From Alphaproteobacteria bacterium (GTDB taxonomy: Bacteria; Pseudomonadota; Alphaproteobacteria; MPNO01; UBA830): a stretch of 64,000 nucleotides of DNA. The position numbers and the translations under genes are program-made. Under the pieces are notes generated by a model that saw only the letters and a list, made by a program, of their open reading frames with translations, was not told the DNA's origin and made no database searches. This document shows, one piece after another, positions 1-11,220 of the stretch (position 1 is its first letter; every line of letters begins with the position of its first letter). The DNA is taken from positions 2,272,001 through 2,336,000 of the forward strand of contig OZ219791.1 of assembly GCA_964291215.2 (NCBI GenBank), written 5' to 3'.

Positions 1-3000
1 CGCCGCAGTTTGTTCCGTGCGCATGCGCATGGTCTCGGACATGTAGCGTTCAAGCTCTGCTGAGAGTGAGGCGATACCCGGCCGGAAGGCTCCGATGGCG
101 GCCATGTCGAGGGGCTCGCCGGCGCTGGTCGCGAACCAGACGGTGGCGCGTCCTATGAGGTCGAGAACGGCGAGGTGGAGTGCCGTCTGCACTTCTGCCC
201 TGACCCTGTTGTCGAGTTCCTCAATGCCGTTCCAAAGGTCAGGCAGCCCGAACACTTCACGGCAGACGAGGTAGGCGCGCACAATTCGGTCCGGCGCCAC
301 GCCCTTTTCTACTGCGATGGTCTCGACAAAGGTCGGCCCGACGCGGTTGGTGAGGCTGTTGGCAAGGTATGTTGCGGTGATCTCCCGCTGGAGACGATGC
401 CCGGGCATGCGGTCGCCGTAGCGTTCGCGGAGCATTGGCGGGAAGTAGAGCCCGATATCGTGCACCAGCTGCGGATCGTCGGGCACATCGCTTGCGAGCA
501 GATTCTTGAACAGCGTCCTTTTCGAATAGGCGAGAAGAATCGCGATCTCGGGGCGTGTCAAGCTCTGCCGACGGGCGGTGCGTTCGGCGATTTCCTCGTC
601 GTCTGGCAGGCATTCCACCGAGCGGTCCAGCTCCCCGGCTCGCTCGAGGGCGCGGATGAAGTGCGCGTGTTCGCCCAGCGTCTGCGGTGCCCGCGCCTCG
701 GCATGACTCAGGGCCATGCTCTGGCGGTAGTTGTCCATCAGCGTGTGCCTTGCGACATCATCGGTCATGTCGGCAAGCATCTGGTCGCGATCCGCAAGGT
801 CGAGACCTCCAGCCGCCATCACCTCGCCGAGCAGGATCTTGATATTGACCTCCTGGTCGGAGGAGGCGACGCCGGCCGAATTGTCTATGAAGTCGGCATT
901 GATGCGTCCGCCGCCGAGAGCGTACTCGACGCGGCCGCGCTGCGTGACGCCGAGATTGGCGCCTTCTCCGACTACCCTGCAGCGCAGATTGCGGCCGTCC
1001 GCGCGCACGGCGTCGTTGGCGCGGTCGCCGACATCCACATGGGATTCGGCGGACGCCTTGACATAGGTTCCGATGCCTCCGAGCCAGAGCAGATCCACCC
1101 TCGACTGCAGCATCGCGAGGATGAGGCGGGCGGGAGTGATCTTCCCCTGTTCGGGAAGGTCGAAGAGCCTGCGTGCCTCGGGCGCGAGACCAACCTCCTT
1201 TGCGTTGCGGTCGAACACGCCACCGCCCCTGGAGATCAGTGTGGCGTCGTAGTCAGTCCATGAGGATCGCGGTTTTCGGAACAGTCGGTTGCGCTCCTTC
1301 CATGCAGCTGCAGGATCAGGACTGGGGTCTACGAAGATGTGAATGTGATTGAACGCGCCGACAAGCCTGATATGGCGTGACTGCAGCATGCCGTTGCCGA
1401 AGACGTCGCCCGACATGTCGCCGACGCCGACAACAGTGAACTCCTCGGTCTGGGTGTCGAGGCCAATTTCGCGGAAATGGCGCTTGACGCATTCCCAGGC
1501 GCCGCGGGCGGTGATGCCCATTTTCTTGTGGTCATAGCCCGCCGAACCGCCGGAAGCGAAGGCGTCGCCAAGCCAGAAACCATATTCGGCAGCTACGCCG
1601 TTGGCTATGTCGGAGAAGGTGGCCGTTCCCTTGTCGGCGGCAACCACCAGGTAGGGGTCGTCGCCGTCACGCCGGACCACGTTCATGGGCGGCACCACCT
1701 TCCCCGCCACGAGGTTGTCGGTGATGTCGAGCAGGCTCCGCACGTAGGTCTTGTAGCAGGCTATGCCCTCGGCGATCAGCATCTCGCGCCCGCCTTCGCG
1801 CGGTAGCTGCTTGACGACGAATCCGCCTTTCGCGCCTTCGGGCACGATCACGGCATTCTTGGTCATCTGCGCTTTCATCAGGCCAAGGATCTCGGTCCGG
1901 AAATCCTCCCGCCGATCCGACCACCGGAGACCGCCGCGGGCGACCATGCCGCCGCGGCAGTGGACGCCCTCGACGCGGGGCGAATACACGAAGATCTCGC
2001 GTGCCGGTTTGGGCAGGGGCAAATCGACGATCCGCATGCTGTCGAACTTGAACGACAGGTTCTGCAGCGGTTCGCCGTCAGGGCCGGGGACAAAGAAATT
2101 AGTGCGGAGCGTGGAATCGATCAGGTTGGAGAGCCGCCTCAGGATGCGGTCTTCATCCGGATTAGCGATGGCATCGAGCGCTTCATCGACGGCGTTGTTC
2201 AGTTCGCCGCTTCGCTGCTTGCGTGTCTGGCGCGCGAGGCCGGGCTCGAACATGGTCTCGAACAGGGCAACAAGATCGCGCGTGACGCTGCTGTTCCGGA
2301 TCAGTGTCTCGACCATGTAGGTTTCGCTGAATGGGATGCCGGTCTGGCGCAGGTACCTGCACAGTGCGCGCACGATCACGACCTGGCGCCAGTGAAGGCC
2401 GGCAGACAGGATCAGGGCGTTGAACCCGTCGTTTTCGACTTCGTTGTGCCAGACCCGCGTAAAAGCCTCCGCGAACGGTTCGCGGAGCGTATCGACATCG
2501 ACGCATGCGCCGTCGCTGGCCACCATCCCGAAATCATGCATCCACGCCGTCTGTCCCTGGTTCGTGACCACCCTGTGCGGATTCTCGTCGATCACCCTGA
2601 AACCCATTTTCTCAAGAAGCGGCAGTGCATCGGAAAGCGGCAGTGCGCTGCCGCGAACGAAGACCTTGAAATGGACCCGGTCATCCGGATCTCCGGGCAG
2701 CCGCAGGAGATCGAGCGTGATCCCGCCCGTATCGAGGACAGTTTCGAACCGCGTTATATCGGCGACGGTTGCGATTGCGCCGTAGCGGTCCCTCCATGAT
2801 GCGGGAAAGCCATCACCGTAACGCTCGAACAGCGCTGCGCCGGTCTTCTCACCGTGCAGTCGCGCCAGTTCGATGGCGAGATCGTCGGACCAGGCGCGGC
2901 AGGCGTCGACGACCGCGGCCCTGATCTCTTCGATGTCCTTCGCGAAGGCGGTGCCGGGTTCTGTCCGGATCACGATGTGCATGCGCGCGTGCAGGTCATC

Positions 3001-4359
3001 GGAAACCTGGACATAGTTGGCGTCCACCGTGCCCCCGAACCCGGCGGCCAGCACATCCATGACGCGCCGCTGCAAACGGGTCTCGAAGCGGTCGCGGGGC
3101 AGATACACGAGGCACGAGACGTACCGGCCGAAAGAATCGCGCCGCGTGAACATGTCGACGCTCCTGTGCCCCTCGAGTCCAAGGATGCCCAGCGCGGTGT
3201 CGTTGAGTTCATTCTGGTCGAACTGGAACAACTCGTCGCGCGGCAGCGTCTCGAGGATGTGTGCGAGCGCCCTGCCGTCATGGCTGTCAAGCGATAGGCC
3301 CGAACTTGCGGCGATCCCGCGGACCTTCCGGCGGATCAGCGGGATGGAGCCTATCGGCTGGTGATAGACCACGGATGTGAACAGGCCGACGAAAAGCCGC
3401 TGGCCGATGGCCCTGCCGGCCCTGTCCGTCCTCCTGATGAGGACGGTGTCGGGACGTACGGCGCGGTGAACCCGGGAGCGCTGGTCGCCCTTGCTGACCA
3501 TGATCGGCGGAAGCGTGCTTGAGGCGGCGAGGACACTGGGCGGCAGCACCGCGTCCCGGAAACCCTCGAACACGGGCGTTGCGTCGTCGCGCAGGATTCC
3601 GAGCCCCGATCCTTTGGCGGGTGCGGCCGTGCGTTTTCTTCCGCTGCCGTCAACGGTGTATTCGCGGTAGCCGAGGAACGTGAAATTGTCGTCATCCAGC
3701 CAGCGGAGGAAATCTATCGATTCGCCAATCTCGTCCTCCGGGATTCCGCAAGAGTAGCGGCCGAGTTCGCTGGCCGCGGCCACCACCTGTTCCCGCATCG
3801 GGAGCCAGTCGTGGACGACGGACCGGACGTCCCGGAGAACCTGGCGCAGGCCGGCCAGCACCTCGCGAAGGGCGGCTTTGTCAGTATGTTCGGTGACGCG
3901 GAGATGAATGATGGAATCGCGGCGGCCGCCGCCGCTGGGCCGGGCTGCGGGACTCTTCCCCGGACCGTCGTGCGCAATGTGGGCCACGGGATGAACCTGG
4001 AGATGAACGGTGAGGCCCTGGCGATTGAGTTCAGCTGTCAGCGAGTTCAGCAGAAACGGCATGTCGTCATTGACGACTTCAATGATCGTGCCGCCGGCCT
4101 TCCACGGATGATCGGCGCGCGGGGGATTGACGGCCCTCATCCTGGCCCGGCCGCGCTTGCGGCCGCAGGCGAATTCCCAGAGCGAGGCTATCGAGTCGCC
4201 GAGCGCGGCGGGGTTGGCATCCGCCAGATCCTGCGAGGGGACATGCGCGAGAAAGCTGGCGGCAAACCGTTCGACAGCGGCAGCATCCTGAGAAAATGCG
4301 CGGCTTGCGCGGCGCACGATCCGCTGCGAAATCTCCTCGTTGTCGTTGCTGTCGGGCAT
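1..4359 (-). CDS. gdhB: Large NAD-specific glutamate dehydrogenase (3' end runs off the window)
   Basis: Absent from the ORF track because no stop lies in the window. Manual translation from ATG 4359 (RBS GGAAGGGA) gives EVVNDDMPFL (~4062), DDNFTFLGYREY (~3696) and GFWLGDAFASGGSAGYDHKKMGITARGAWECVKRHF (~1521), all in one frame. Confidence 0.95.
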   Translation of the reverse strand, partial: MPDSNDNEEISQRIVRRASRAFSQDAAAVERFAASFLAHVPSQDLADANPAALGDSIASLWEFACGRKRGRARMRAVNPPRADHPWKAGGTIIEVVNDDMPFLLNSLTAELNRQGLTVHLQVHPVAHIAHDGPGKSPAARPSGGGRRDSIIHLRVTEHTDKAALREVLAGLRQVLRDVRSVVHDWLPMREQVVAAASELGRYSCGIPEDEIGESIDFLRWLDDDNFTFLGYREYTVDGSGRKRTAAPAKGSGLGILRDDATPVFEGFRDAVLPPSVLAASSTLPPIMVSKGDQRSRVHRAVRPDTVLIRRTDRAGRAIGQRLFVGLFTSVVYHQPIGSIPLIRRKVRGIAASSGLSLDSHDGRALAHILETLPRDELFQFDQNELNDTALGILGLEGHRSVDMFTRRDSFGRYVSCLVYLPRDRFETRLQRRVMDVLAAGFGGTVDANYVQVSDDLHARMHIVIRTEPGTAFAKDIEEIRAAVVDACRAWSDDLAIELARLHGEKTGAALFERYGDGFPASWRDRYGAIATVADITRFETVLDTGGITLDLLRLPGDPDDRVHFKVFVRGSALPLSDALPLLEKMGFRVIDENPHRVVTNQGQTAWMHDFGMVASDGACVDVDTLREPFAEAFTRVWHNEVENDGFNALILSAGLHWRQVVIVRALCRYLRQTGIPFSETYMVETLIRNSSVTRDLVALFETMFEPGLARQTRKQRSGELNNAVDEALDAIANPDEDRILRRLSNLIDSTLRTNFFVPGPDGEPLQNLSFKFDSMRIVDLPLPKPAREIFVYSPRVEGVHCRGGMVARGGLRWSDRREDFRTEILGLMKAQMTKNAVIVPEGAKGGFVVKQLPREGGREMLIAEGIACYKTYVRSLLDITDNLVAGKVVPPMNVVRRDGDDPYLVVAADKGTATFSDIANGVAAEYGFWLGDAFASGGSAGYDHKKMGITARGAWECVKRHFREIGLDTQTEEFTVVGVGDMSGDVFGNGMLQSRHIRLVGAFNHIHIFVDPSPDPAAAWKERNRLFRKPRSSWTDYDATLISRGGGVFDRNAKEVGLAPEARRLFDLPEQGKITPARLILAMLQSRVDLLWLGGIGTYVKASAESHVDVGDRANDAVRADGRNLRCRVVGEGANLGVTQRGRVEYALGGGRINADFIDNSAGVASSDQEVNIKILLGEVMAAGGLDLADRDQMLADMTDDVARHTLMDNYRQSMALSHAEARAPQTLGEHAHFIRALERAGELDRSVECLPDDEEIAERTARRQSLTRPEIAILLAYSKRTLFKNLLASDVPDDPQLVHDIGLYFPPMLRERYGDRMPGHRLQREITATYLANSLTNRVGPTFVETIAVEKGVAPDRIVRAYLVCREVFGLPDLWNGIEELDNRVRAEVQTALHLAVLDLIGRATVWFATSAGEPLDMAAIGAFRPGIASLSAELERYMSETMRMRTEQTAA

Positions 4360-4599
4360 TACCTGTATCCCTTCCGCGCTACCGTTGTCGGCCCGTGTTC
4401 TGCCGGCCGCAGCCGGGGAGCAGGTCGCGACACGCCCGGATGCCAGCATGTCGGCAGCCCTTGTCCATGCGATGCGGATTCGCTCCGACAGGATTGGCCG
4501 GCGGAGGGTGGCCCGAAGGGAACGGTGCCAGATTCGGACTGACAAGGAAAGCGCCGGCAGAAGCGGCTGTCCGTGGCCCGGACACCGATTGTCGCGCCT

Positions 4600-5571
4600 T
4601 CAGGCGAGCCGCGCAGCGAGTCTCCGCGCAAGTGCGCCGATCACGCGACGCCGGTACCACGGCTTTACGGTAGTGGTCTTCATCGGCTTGGCCTGGGTGC
4701 GCACCAGGTCGCGAATGCGGTCGAGCGCTTCCGCGTCGCATGGCGCGCCGACGAATGCACCCGTACCGGAAATGATCTTCGGCAGCGGATTGACACCGGT
4801 CAGCGCGATCTGCAAATCGGAGACCTGCCCCTGTTCGGCGGCGAGAAGCACCGCCACGCCTGCAAGCGGAAAGTCGATCGCACCTCGGATCCGGGACTTT
4901 TCGTATCCCGACCGCGCGCCGGACGCGGGGCGGGGCAGGAAGACGGAAATCAGCAGTTCGCCGTCCCCGAGCGCGAGATGATCCATGCCGTCGTCGCGGT
5001 AGAGCTCGGACAGCGGAATGGTGCGCGAACCGTCGGGACCCGCGAGTTCGGCGTTGGCCCCGTGAACCAGCATCGCCGGAGCCACATCGCCGGAAAACGC
5101 CGCAAAGCAACGCTTGCCGCCCGGCGCGACATGGCAGACGTCTCCGAGATGCTTCAGGCAGAAGTCGTTGCTCTCGCGCCACCATTGCGACTGGTTGTAG
5201 TAGATGCATCTCGTGTCGAGGCACAGGTTGCCGCCGACGGTGCCGTAGCGGCGATGGGTCGGACCGGCAACGGACGCCGCCGCCTCGGCAACGGCCTGGT
5301 AGCCGGCAGCGACCGCCGGATGCGAGGCGAGATCATCCAGCCGTACGAGGGCACCGATGCGGATGCCGCCGTCTTCCTCGTTGATCCGGCCGAGTTCTTC
5401 GATCGCGGTCAGGTCGATCAGAGCTGTCGGGTTCTCGATTCCGCGCCGCACGTTGACGACCATGTCGGTGCCGCCGGCAAGGTAGCGGGCGCCGCTGATC
5501 CCGGCCCGCAGGCGGATCGCTTCGGCGGCCGCTTCGGGGCGGTGCAGGTCGAAGGCTGGAAGATTCTCCAT
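4600..5571 (-). CDS. hcrB: 4-hydroxybenzoyl-CoA reductase beta subunit (FAD, [4Fe-4S] insert)
   Basis: Xanthine-oxidase FAD motifs AGGTD and GTVGGN, plus the Cys-rich insert CLDTRC..YNQSQWWR...CLK....CHV.....RC typical of HcrB/HbaD. Confidence 0.92.
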   Translation of the reverse strand: MENLPAFDLHRPEAAAEAIRLRAGISGARYLAGGTDMVVNVRRGIENPTALIDLTAIEELGRINEEDGGIRIGALVRLDDLASHPAVAAGYQAVAEAAASVAGPTHRRYGTVGGNLCLDTRCIYYNQSQWWRESNDFCLKHLGDVCHVAPGGKRCFAAFSGDVAPAMLVHGANAELAGPDGSRTIPLSELYRDDGMDHLALGDGELLISVFLPRPASGARSGYEKSRIRGAIDFPLAGVAVLLAAEQGQVSDLQIALTGVNPLPKIISGTGAFVGAPCDAEALDRIRDLVRTQAKPMKTTTVKPWYRRRVIGALARRLAARLA

Positions 5572-5575
5572 GGCG

Positions 5576-7897
5576 CTAGCGGCTCGTCCGCCCGGGGCGG
5601 GAGGCGTCGTCGAGGAGTTGAAGCAGGCGGTCCGGCGTCACCGGAAGCTCGTGGGGCCGAACGCTCATCGCGTCGGCAACGGCGCTGGTCAGGGCGGGAA
5701 GGAAACCGGCCAGAGACGCCTCGCCGGCTTCCTTCGCGCCGAACGGGCCATGCGGATCCGGCGCTTCCACGATATGGGTCTCGATGGGCGGGGATTCGAC
5801 GATCGTCGGTACACGGTAGTCCAGCATGTTTCCGGAGACCATGAGGCCGTTGTGATAGTGCGTTTCCTCGGTCAGCGCCTGGCCCATGCCCATCCACACC
5901 GAACCCTGTATCTGGCCTTCGACGGTCAGGGGATTGAGCGCCTTTCCGCAGTCATGGGCGACCCACACCCTGTCGACGCGGATTTCCGCGGTGTCGGGAT
6001 CCACCGTCACCTCGACCACCTGCGCGGCGTAGGAGAAGGCCATGGTGCCGCCGATGGCGGCTCCCCGGTACTTCTTGCCGCCCCAGCTTTCCGGCAGGGT
6101 GTCGAAATTGCCCTTGACGGTGATCGTGCCGGTTCCTTCAAGCGCCGCGGCGACGACCTCCTCGAAGGTCATGCCCTCGTCCTGACTGCCCGCCCGATAG
6201 ATCTCGCCGAGGCATTCCACATCCGCGGGCGCGACCTCGAGCTTGCGGGCAGCCGCTTCCGTCAGCACCGCCTTGAGGTTGTTGGCGGCCTCAATGGCCG
6301 CGTTTCCGACCATGTAGGTGACACGGGAGGAGTAGGAGCCGTTGTCCTTCGGCGTCACCCGGCTGTCCGAGGTCACGATCTTGATGCGCCCGGGATCGAC
6401 GCCGAGCACCTCGGCGACACACTGGACGAGTATCGTGCTCGACCCTTGGCCGATTTCCGAGGCGCCGGTGAGAATCACGATCGAGGCGTCGAAATCCAGT
6501 TTGACATGAACCGTCGCGTGCGGCTCACCGGTCCAGTTCACCGGCTTGGAGGCGCCGGAGACATAGTGCGAGCACGCGAGGCCGAGTCCCTTGCCCGGCG
6601 GAAGCCGTCCTTTCCGCTCCTTCCAGCCCGACTCCCGCTCGACGATGTCGAGGCATTCCGGAAGGCCGTAGGAATTGACCCAGAGCTCATTGGCGGTATG
6701 CCCCATCCTGGTGATCAGGTTGACGCGGCGCACGGCAAACGGGTCGAGTTCCAGCTTCGAGGCCATCTCGTCGAGCGCGTTCTCGAACGCGTGGCGGACA
6801 TTGACCGTTCCATGCCCGCGAAAGGCGCCGCAGGGCGGCGTGTTGGTCAGCACGCGCTTGCCGTCATAGCGGGCGTTCCGCAGGTCATAGATCGCGAACA
6901 GCATCGATCCGGAATAGAGGATTGTCACGATCCCGTAACCCGAATGTCCGCCGCCGCGCTGCACGGTACTGCAATCAACGGCGGTGACGCGGCCGTCCTT
7001 CGTCATGCCCATCCGGATGCGTACGGTCTGCTCGGGGCGGCCGCGATGGGTGATGAAGGTGTCCTCGCGGTTCGTGACGATACGGACGGTGCCGCGCGCG
7101 CGCCGGGCAAGCATCGCGGCGATCATCTCGATGTTGAGAGCCTCGGTGCGGCACCCGAAGCCGCCGCCCAGATAGGGCTTGATGACACGAATTCTCGATT
7201 TGGGCATCTTCAGGATCTTGGCGAGCATCAGGTGCACGTAGTAGGGAACCTGGGTGCTCGCGCGAACCGTGAGTTCGTCCCGCTCCGCATCGTACTCGGC
7301 AAGGGCGGCGTGGGGTTCGGTTTGAACTTGGCAGACCTCGGCGCAGAGATACTCGGTCTCGTGGATGAGGTCGGCCTCGGAGAAACCGGCGTCAACATCG
7401 CCGATCTCGTACTCGACATGGCGTTCGATATTGCCCGGCCGGTGGTCGTGGAGAGCGATCGCATCCTCGGCCAGCGCGTTTTCCGCCGAGAAATACGCCG
7501 GAAGCTCCTCGTATTCGACTCGGATCAGGTCGCAGGCCCGCTTCGCGACCTCGATCGTTTTCGCGGCCACGGCGGCAACCGGTTCACCCCGGTAGCGAAC
7601 GCGGTCGTATGCGATCGGAAGTTCGGTGCGCGCGACCGGCAGCACGCCATGGCCCTCGTCGGTCTCGGCGCCGGTGATGACCGCGACGACGCCGGGCAGC
7701 GCTTCGGCCTCGGACGTATCGATCGACAGGATCCGCGCATGGGCGACGGCGCTCCGCTTGATAATGCCGACCAGGGCGTCGTGGCCTTGGAAGTCGCTGG
7801 TGTAGCGCGCCCGGCCGCTGATCTTCTCCGGCCCGTCGACCATCGGCATGGGCACACCGATGGAAGCCACGGGGGCGGAGGGCATGCCGCCTTCCAT
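5576..7897 (-). CDS. hcrA: 4-hydroxybenzoyl-CoA reductase alpha subunit (molybdopterin)
   Basis: [36 protein letters not shown] motifs. ATG 7897 overlaps the hcrC stop; lies between hcrC and hcrB. Confidence 0.92.
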   Translation of the reverse strand: MEGGMPSAPVASIGVPMPMVDGPEKISGRARYTSDFQGHDALVGIIKRSAVAHARILSIDTSEAEALPGVVAVITGAETDEGHGVLPVARTELPIAYDRVRYRGEPVAAVAAKTIEVAKRACDLIRVEYEELPAYFSAENALAEDAIALHDHRPGNIERHVEYEIGDVDAGFSEADLIHETEYLCAEVCQVQTEPHAALAEYDAERDELTVRASTQVPYYVHLMLAKILKMPKSRIRVIKPYLGGGFGCRTEALNIEMIAAMLARRARGTVRIVTNREDTFITHRGRPEQTVRIRMGMTKDGRVTAVDCSTVQRGGGHSGYGIVTILYSGSMLFAIYDLRNARYDGKRVLTNTPPCGAFRGHGTVNVRHAFENALDEMASKLELDPFAVRRVNLITRMGHTANELWVNSYGLPECLDIVERESGWKERKGRLPPGKGLGLACSHYVSGASKPVNWTGEPHATVHVKLDFDASIVILTGASEIGQGSSTILVQCVAEVLGVDPGRIKIVTSDSRVTPKDNGSYSSRVTYMVGNAAIEAANNLKAVLTEAAARKLEVAPADVECLGEIYRAGSQDEGMTFEEVVAAALEGTGTITVKGNFDTLPESWGGKKYRGAAIGGTMAFSYAAQVVEVTVDPDTAEIRVDRVWVAHDCGKALNPLTVEGQIQGSVWMGMGQALTEETHYHNGLMVSGNMLDYRVPTIVESPPIETHIVEAPDPHGPFGAKEAGEASLAGFLPALTSAVADAMSVRPHELPVTPDRLLQLLDDASRPGRTSR

Positions 7898-8382
7898 CAC
7901 GCAGCCTCGGAGGGGGAGTTGAGGGCCACCGCCGCCATTTGGACGGCCTCGATGATCTTCACGTAGCCGGTGCAGCGGCAGATGTTGGACGCCATCTCGG
8001 TGCGGATGGTGGCCTCGTCGGGGTCCGGATTGCGGCGCAGTAGCCCCTCGGCCGCCATCACCATGCCCGGTGTGCAGTAGCCGCACTGGGCGCCGAGTTT
8101 TTCGTGGAAGCCGCGCTGGATGGCGTTGAGCCGGCCGCCCTCGGCCAGGCTTTCGATGGTCTCGATCTCCTTGCCTTGGCAGCTGCCCGCCAGAGTCAGG
8201 CACGAATGCTGCGGCGCACCGTCGACGAGTACGGTGCACAGTCCGCACTCGCCGCCGTCGCAGCCGATTTTGGTTCCGGTCAGTCCGAGTCTCTCGCGCA
8301 GGTAGTCGACGAGCAGCAGGTTGCCGGAGACCGCGTCGTCACGCGGGCGGCCGTTGACGGTAAGTGACAGCAGGGTTTTCAT
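7897..8382 (-). CDS. hcrC: 4-hydroxybenzoyl-CoA reductase gamma subunit (2x[2Fe-2S])
   Basis: [24 protein letters not shown] and NICRCTGY motifs; first gene of hcrCAB. Confidence 0.92.
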   Translation of the reverse strand: MKTLLSLTVNGRPRDDAVSGNLLLVDYLRERLGLTGTKIGCDGGECGLCTVLVDGAPQHSCLTLAGSCQGKEIETIESLAEGGRLNAIQRGFHEKLGAQCGYCTPGMVMAAEGLLRRNPDPDEATIRTEMASNICRCTGYVKIIEAVQMAAVALNSPSEAA

Positions 8383-8686
8383 GGGTTTGCTCGCTGCGGG
8401 CAAGGTCGATGCCTAGGATCGCGCCCCAAGATTCCAAGTCGATCCGATGCCGACGATAATAATGAAGCAAAAGTCCTCCCGCTTCAAGACCGCGAAACGA
8501 CAGCAACAGGCCGCAAAGCGGGCAGGCGGGTGCGTATGGCGAGCCCATGCCGACATGGATGCGCGATCCCGCGGCAGGAGAGTTCGACGAGCCATCGAGC
8601 CCCCGAGGTGCGGCGTCGCCCGGTCACGGGTTCACCGCCTGCCGTCGCCAGAATCTTGCGTGGGGTCGCTGGAACGCTCCTCCACA

Positions 8687-9198
8687 GGGTGAGAGTTTCG
8701 TATGGCACAGTTGCAGGCTCAGTACCATTTGTTCATCTCATGCGGCCAGTGCCGGGGTGTGATTTGGGCTGATGTTGTCGTTGGCCGGTGCGTCGTCTGC
8801 ACCGATCATGGCCGTCCACGCGCTCTCGAAGCGGCCGGATTCGAGCAGGGCGCGGAAGGTGATTGTCCGTCGACGATGCGCCAGCGCATTCCAGAGCGTT
8901 TCATGCGCTGTGTGACGAGGGTCGCCGCCTCGACAATTCCCGAGCCGGTTGCTTCAGCGCGTGGTAGCGCATGCGGTGGCGATGCTTGCGAAAGAAGGAC
9001 AGTTCCCTGTCGATGTCGGCCCGTTGGCGCCGCGAAGGTGGCGCAGCGCCCGGATCACCCTGTCGATGCCGCGGGGGTCGTGACAAAATCCTGTCCTGAA
9101 ACGGGCGATTGTCACGAAAACCCGTTTTCGCCGCTGTCTCGCGACCGCACAACCGTGTTAAATCAATGACTTGGATTCGTCATACGAGAACTGCACCC
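8687..9198 (-). mobile_element. Non-autonomous, internally deleted ISKra4-like (Mutator/IS256-superfamily) element, 512 bp
   Basis: Imperfect 20-bp terminal IRs GGGTGAGAGTTTCGTATGGC and rc GGGTGCAGTTCTCGTATGAC; perfect 8-bp flanking repeat CCTCCACA (8679-8686, 9199-9206). Frameshifted transposase tail FFRKHRHRMRY..GSGIVEAA..LVTQRMKRSGMRW ends at TGA 8738-8740. Confidence 0.85.
9161..9173 (+). promoter_or_regulatory. IHF-consensus site within the element end
   Basis: AATCAATGACTTG matches WATCAANNNNTTR exactly, about 25 bp inside the terminus. Confidence 0.5.
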
Positions 9199-9346
9199 CC
9201 TCCACATGAGGGATGAATGCCGTGCGTCTCGCAAGAGCGGTCGCTGCATGAAGATACACGATCAAACGCAGACGCTGCCGGACAAACCCGGTCGTCCGAA
9301 GGACTGACGCAAACGGATTGAGGCTTGGCCCGTTGTCCTCCCTTGA

Positions 9347-9676
9347 TCAGGTTGCCGTGGTGGTCGTCAGGCGCAGCCCGACGGCGCCGATCGCGATCAG
9401 CGCGATGAAGACGAGCTGAACGGCCCCGAGTTGTTCACGGAAGACCACGAACCCGATCAGCGTCACCGCCAGGATGCCAATGCCCGCCCACAAGGCGTAT
9501 GCGACGCCGACCGGGATCACCTTGAGCGCCGGGGCGAATGCCCAGAAGCAGCATATGTAGCAGAGGATCGAGAGCGCTCCCCAGTGCCACTTCTCGAAGC
9601 CGTCCGACAACTTGAGGAGAACTGTGCCAACCACCTCCAGCGCGATGGCGACCGTCAGGAACATCCAGGCGCTCAT
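9347..9676 (-). CDS. SMR-family small multidrug efflux transporter (EmrE/QacE-like)
   Basis: 109 aa from MSAWMFL; TM1 Glu (IALEVVGT), KLSDGF, IPVGVAYALWAGIG. Confidence 0.9.
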   Translation of the reverse strand: MSAWMFLTVAIALEVVGTVLLKLSDGFEKWHWGALSILCYICCFWAFAPALKVIPVGVAYALWAGIGILAVTLIGFVVFREQLGAVQLVFIALIAIGAVGLRLTTTTAT

Positions 9677-9980
9677 CACTTCGGACCTCTGGTCGGTTGT
9701 AGGAATCGAGTCGGTGTGTGAATGCGTTGCTGCCAAGCCGGACAACCGGCTGTGCAGGGATGCCCCGTTCGGCCCTTGACGGACCCGGTGTATATCGGGG
9801 GGTGGCGAGGGCGTCAAGGAGTCGGCAGGGAAGGCGGGCGTGGCCGAGGATCCTTCCCACCATCGGCAGGCTCCTTCCTCCTTGTCCATCACCGCCTTCA
9901 AGGCGAGTGCGTGCCCAGCGTGAACCGCCTCGTGTCCGGGCGGGCGGACCGGCAGCTTGCAAAGATTTCCCGATGCGGGC

Positions 9981-11180
9981 TCAAATCGCCTTGTTGACTG
10001 GTTCCAGCCCGAGTTCCACGCGCCCGAACTCGGCGCCGTTGATATCGAAATTGACCTGCACCTGCCCGGCCGCCGCGTGCATGTCGCGAAAGCGGCGCTG
10101 GAACGGGTTGGAGAGGAAGTTCCCGGCGGCGCCGATCGCCGATTGCAGGATTTGGATCGCCTTCACACAGTTCGTCGCTGCATAGGCGCCATCGCGGCGC
10201 CAGCGCACCTTCTCCCCGATCGTCGGCACGCGTCCGGATTCGGCGATCCGTTCGGCCTCGCGGATATTGTCATGGGCGAGCACCCGCGCCGCATGGATCA
10301 GGGCGCCGGACTCGGCGACCCTCATTTGTATCTGAGTGTGTTCGGCGAGCCGCGAGGCATTGTAGGTCGAAAGCCGATCGCGGATCTGGCCGACATAGTC
10401 GTCATACGCGCCCTGCGCGATTCCGATCATCGGGCCGACGAGGATGTGCGGAAACAGCCCCAGAACCGGCAGCTGGTAGAGAAGTCCCGGAACATGCGGC
10501 GTGCCCGGCGTCGGCCCGCCCGTGGTCTGATGGGGCTCCAGGGTCATGTAGTCGGGGACGAAGATGTTGTCGCAGGCGACGTCACGGCTGCCTGAACCGA
10601 CGAGGCCGGTGACATGCCAGGTATCGACCTCCTCGAATTCGGCACGCGGCAGCACGAGCCACAGGCCGCGGCGGGGCCCGTCATCCTTGATCATGGCGCC
10701 CATCATCATCCAGTCGCTCGGATCGATGCCGCTGCAGTACGGCCACCGGCCCGACAGCTCAAACCCGCCCGTGACGCGCTTCGCAACGCCGGCCGTGGCC
10801 ACCAGCGAAGACGCCATGAGGGCGCGGGGATTGTCCTTCCAGACCGCGTCCTGCGCCTCGGCCTGCCACATCGGCAGCATCCAGTCGTGGCTGATCAGGT
10901 TGGCGAAGATCCAGGAGGTCGAGGCGCAGCCCCGGGCGATGTGATCCGAGATGTCGATGACCACGCTGTAGCTGAGCTCGAGTCCGCCATAGCGCGCCGG
11001 CTTGAGCACCGACCAGAGCTGTGTGTCCCAGAGATCCCGCACGGTGTCGGGATGGATCATGCGCGTCTTCTCGACATGGTCGGCCCGCGCGGCGAGCGCA
11101 GGCGTCAGCGCCGCGGCGCGTGCAACCGCCTCGTCCCGGTCAGGCCTTTCGACGCCGCGTTCGGCGGCAGCCAGAGTCAT
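9981..11180 (-). CDS. Flavin-dependent monooxygenase oxygenase component, acyl-CoA dehydrogenase fold (HsaA/C2-HpaH-like)
   Basis: LKPARYGG, GCASTSW, SGRWPYCSG, DTWHVTGLVGSGS, QRRFRDMHA motifs. Confidence 0.85.
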   Translation of the reverse strand: MTLAAAERGVERPDRDEAVARAAALTPALAARADHVEKTRMIHPDTVRDLWDTQLWSVLKPARYGGLELSYSVVIDISDHIARGCASTSWIFANLISHDWMLPMWQAEAQDAVWKDNPRALMASSLVATAGVAKRVTGGFELSGRWPYCSGIDPSDWMMMGAMIKDDGPRRGLWLVLPRAEFEEVDTWHVTGLVGSGSRDVACDNIFVPDYMTLEPHQTTGGPTPGTPHVPGLLYQLPVLGLFPHILVGPMIGIAQGAYDDYVGQIRDRLSTYNASRLAEHTQIQMRVAESGALIHAARVLAHDNIREAERIAESGRVPTIGEKVRWRRDGAYAATNCVKAIQILQSAIGAAGNFLSNPFQRRFRDMHAAAGQVQVNFDINGAEFGRVELGLEPVNKAI

Positions 11181-11220
11181 GACGTCTGCATTGTCCGTGT
11201 GATCGTCGAGGAGGCCGCGA

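Noticed and set aside
175-4542. Long plus-strand ORFs opposite gdhB, and similar ones such as 5570-7966, 34404-36860, 44609-46423 and 51087-52625
   Set aside because: Antisense or alternate-frame shadows of real GC-rich genes; no recognisable motifs.
8703-8716. TGGCACAGTTGCA as a sigma54 promoter
   Set aside because: GG-GC spacing is too short, and it overlaps the IS terminal repeat.
9677-9800. Guanidine riboswitch upstream of the SMR gene
   Set aside because: No ACGR twin hairpins or ykkC-type motifs seen; the protein looks Qac/EmrE-like rather than Gdx.
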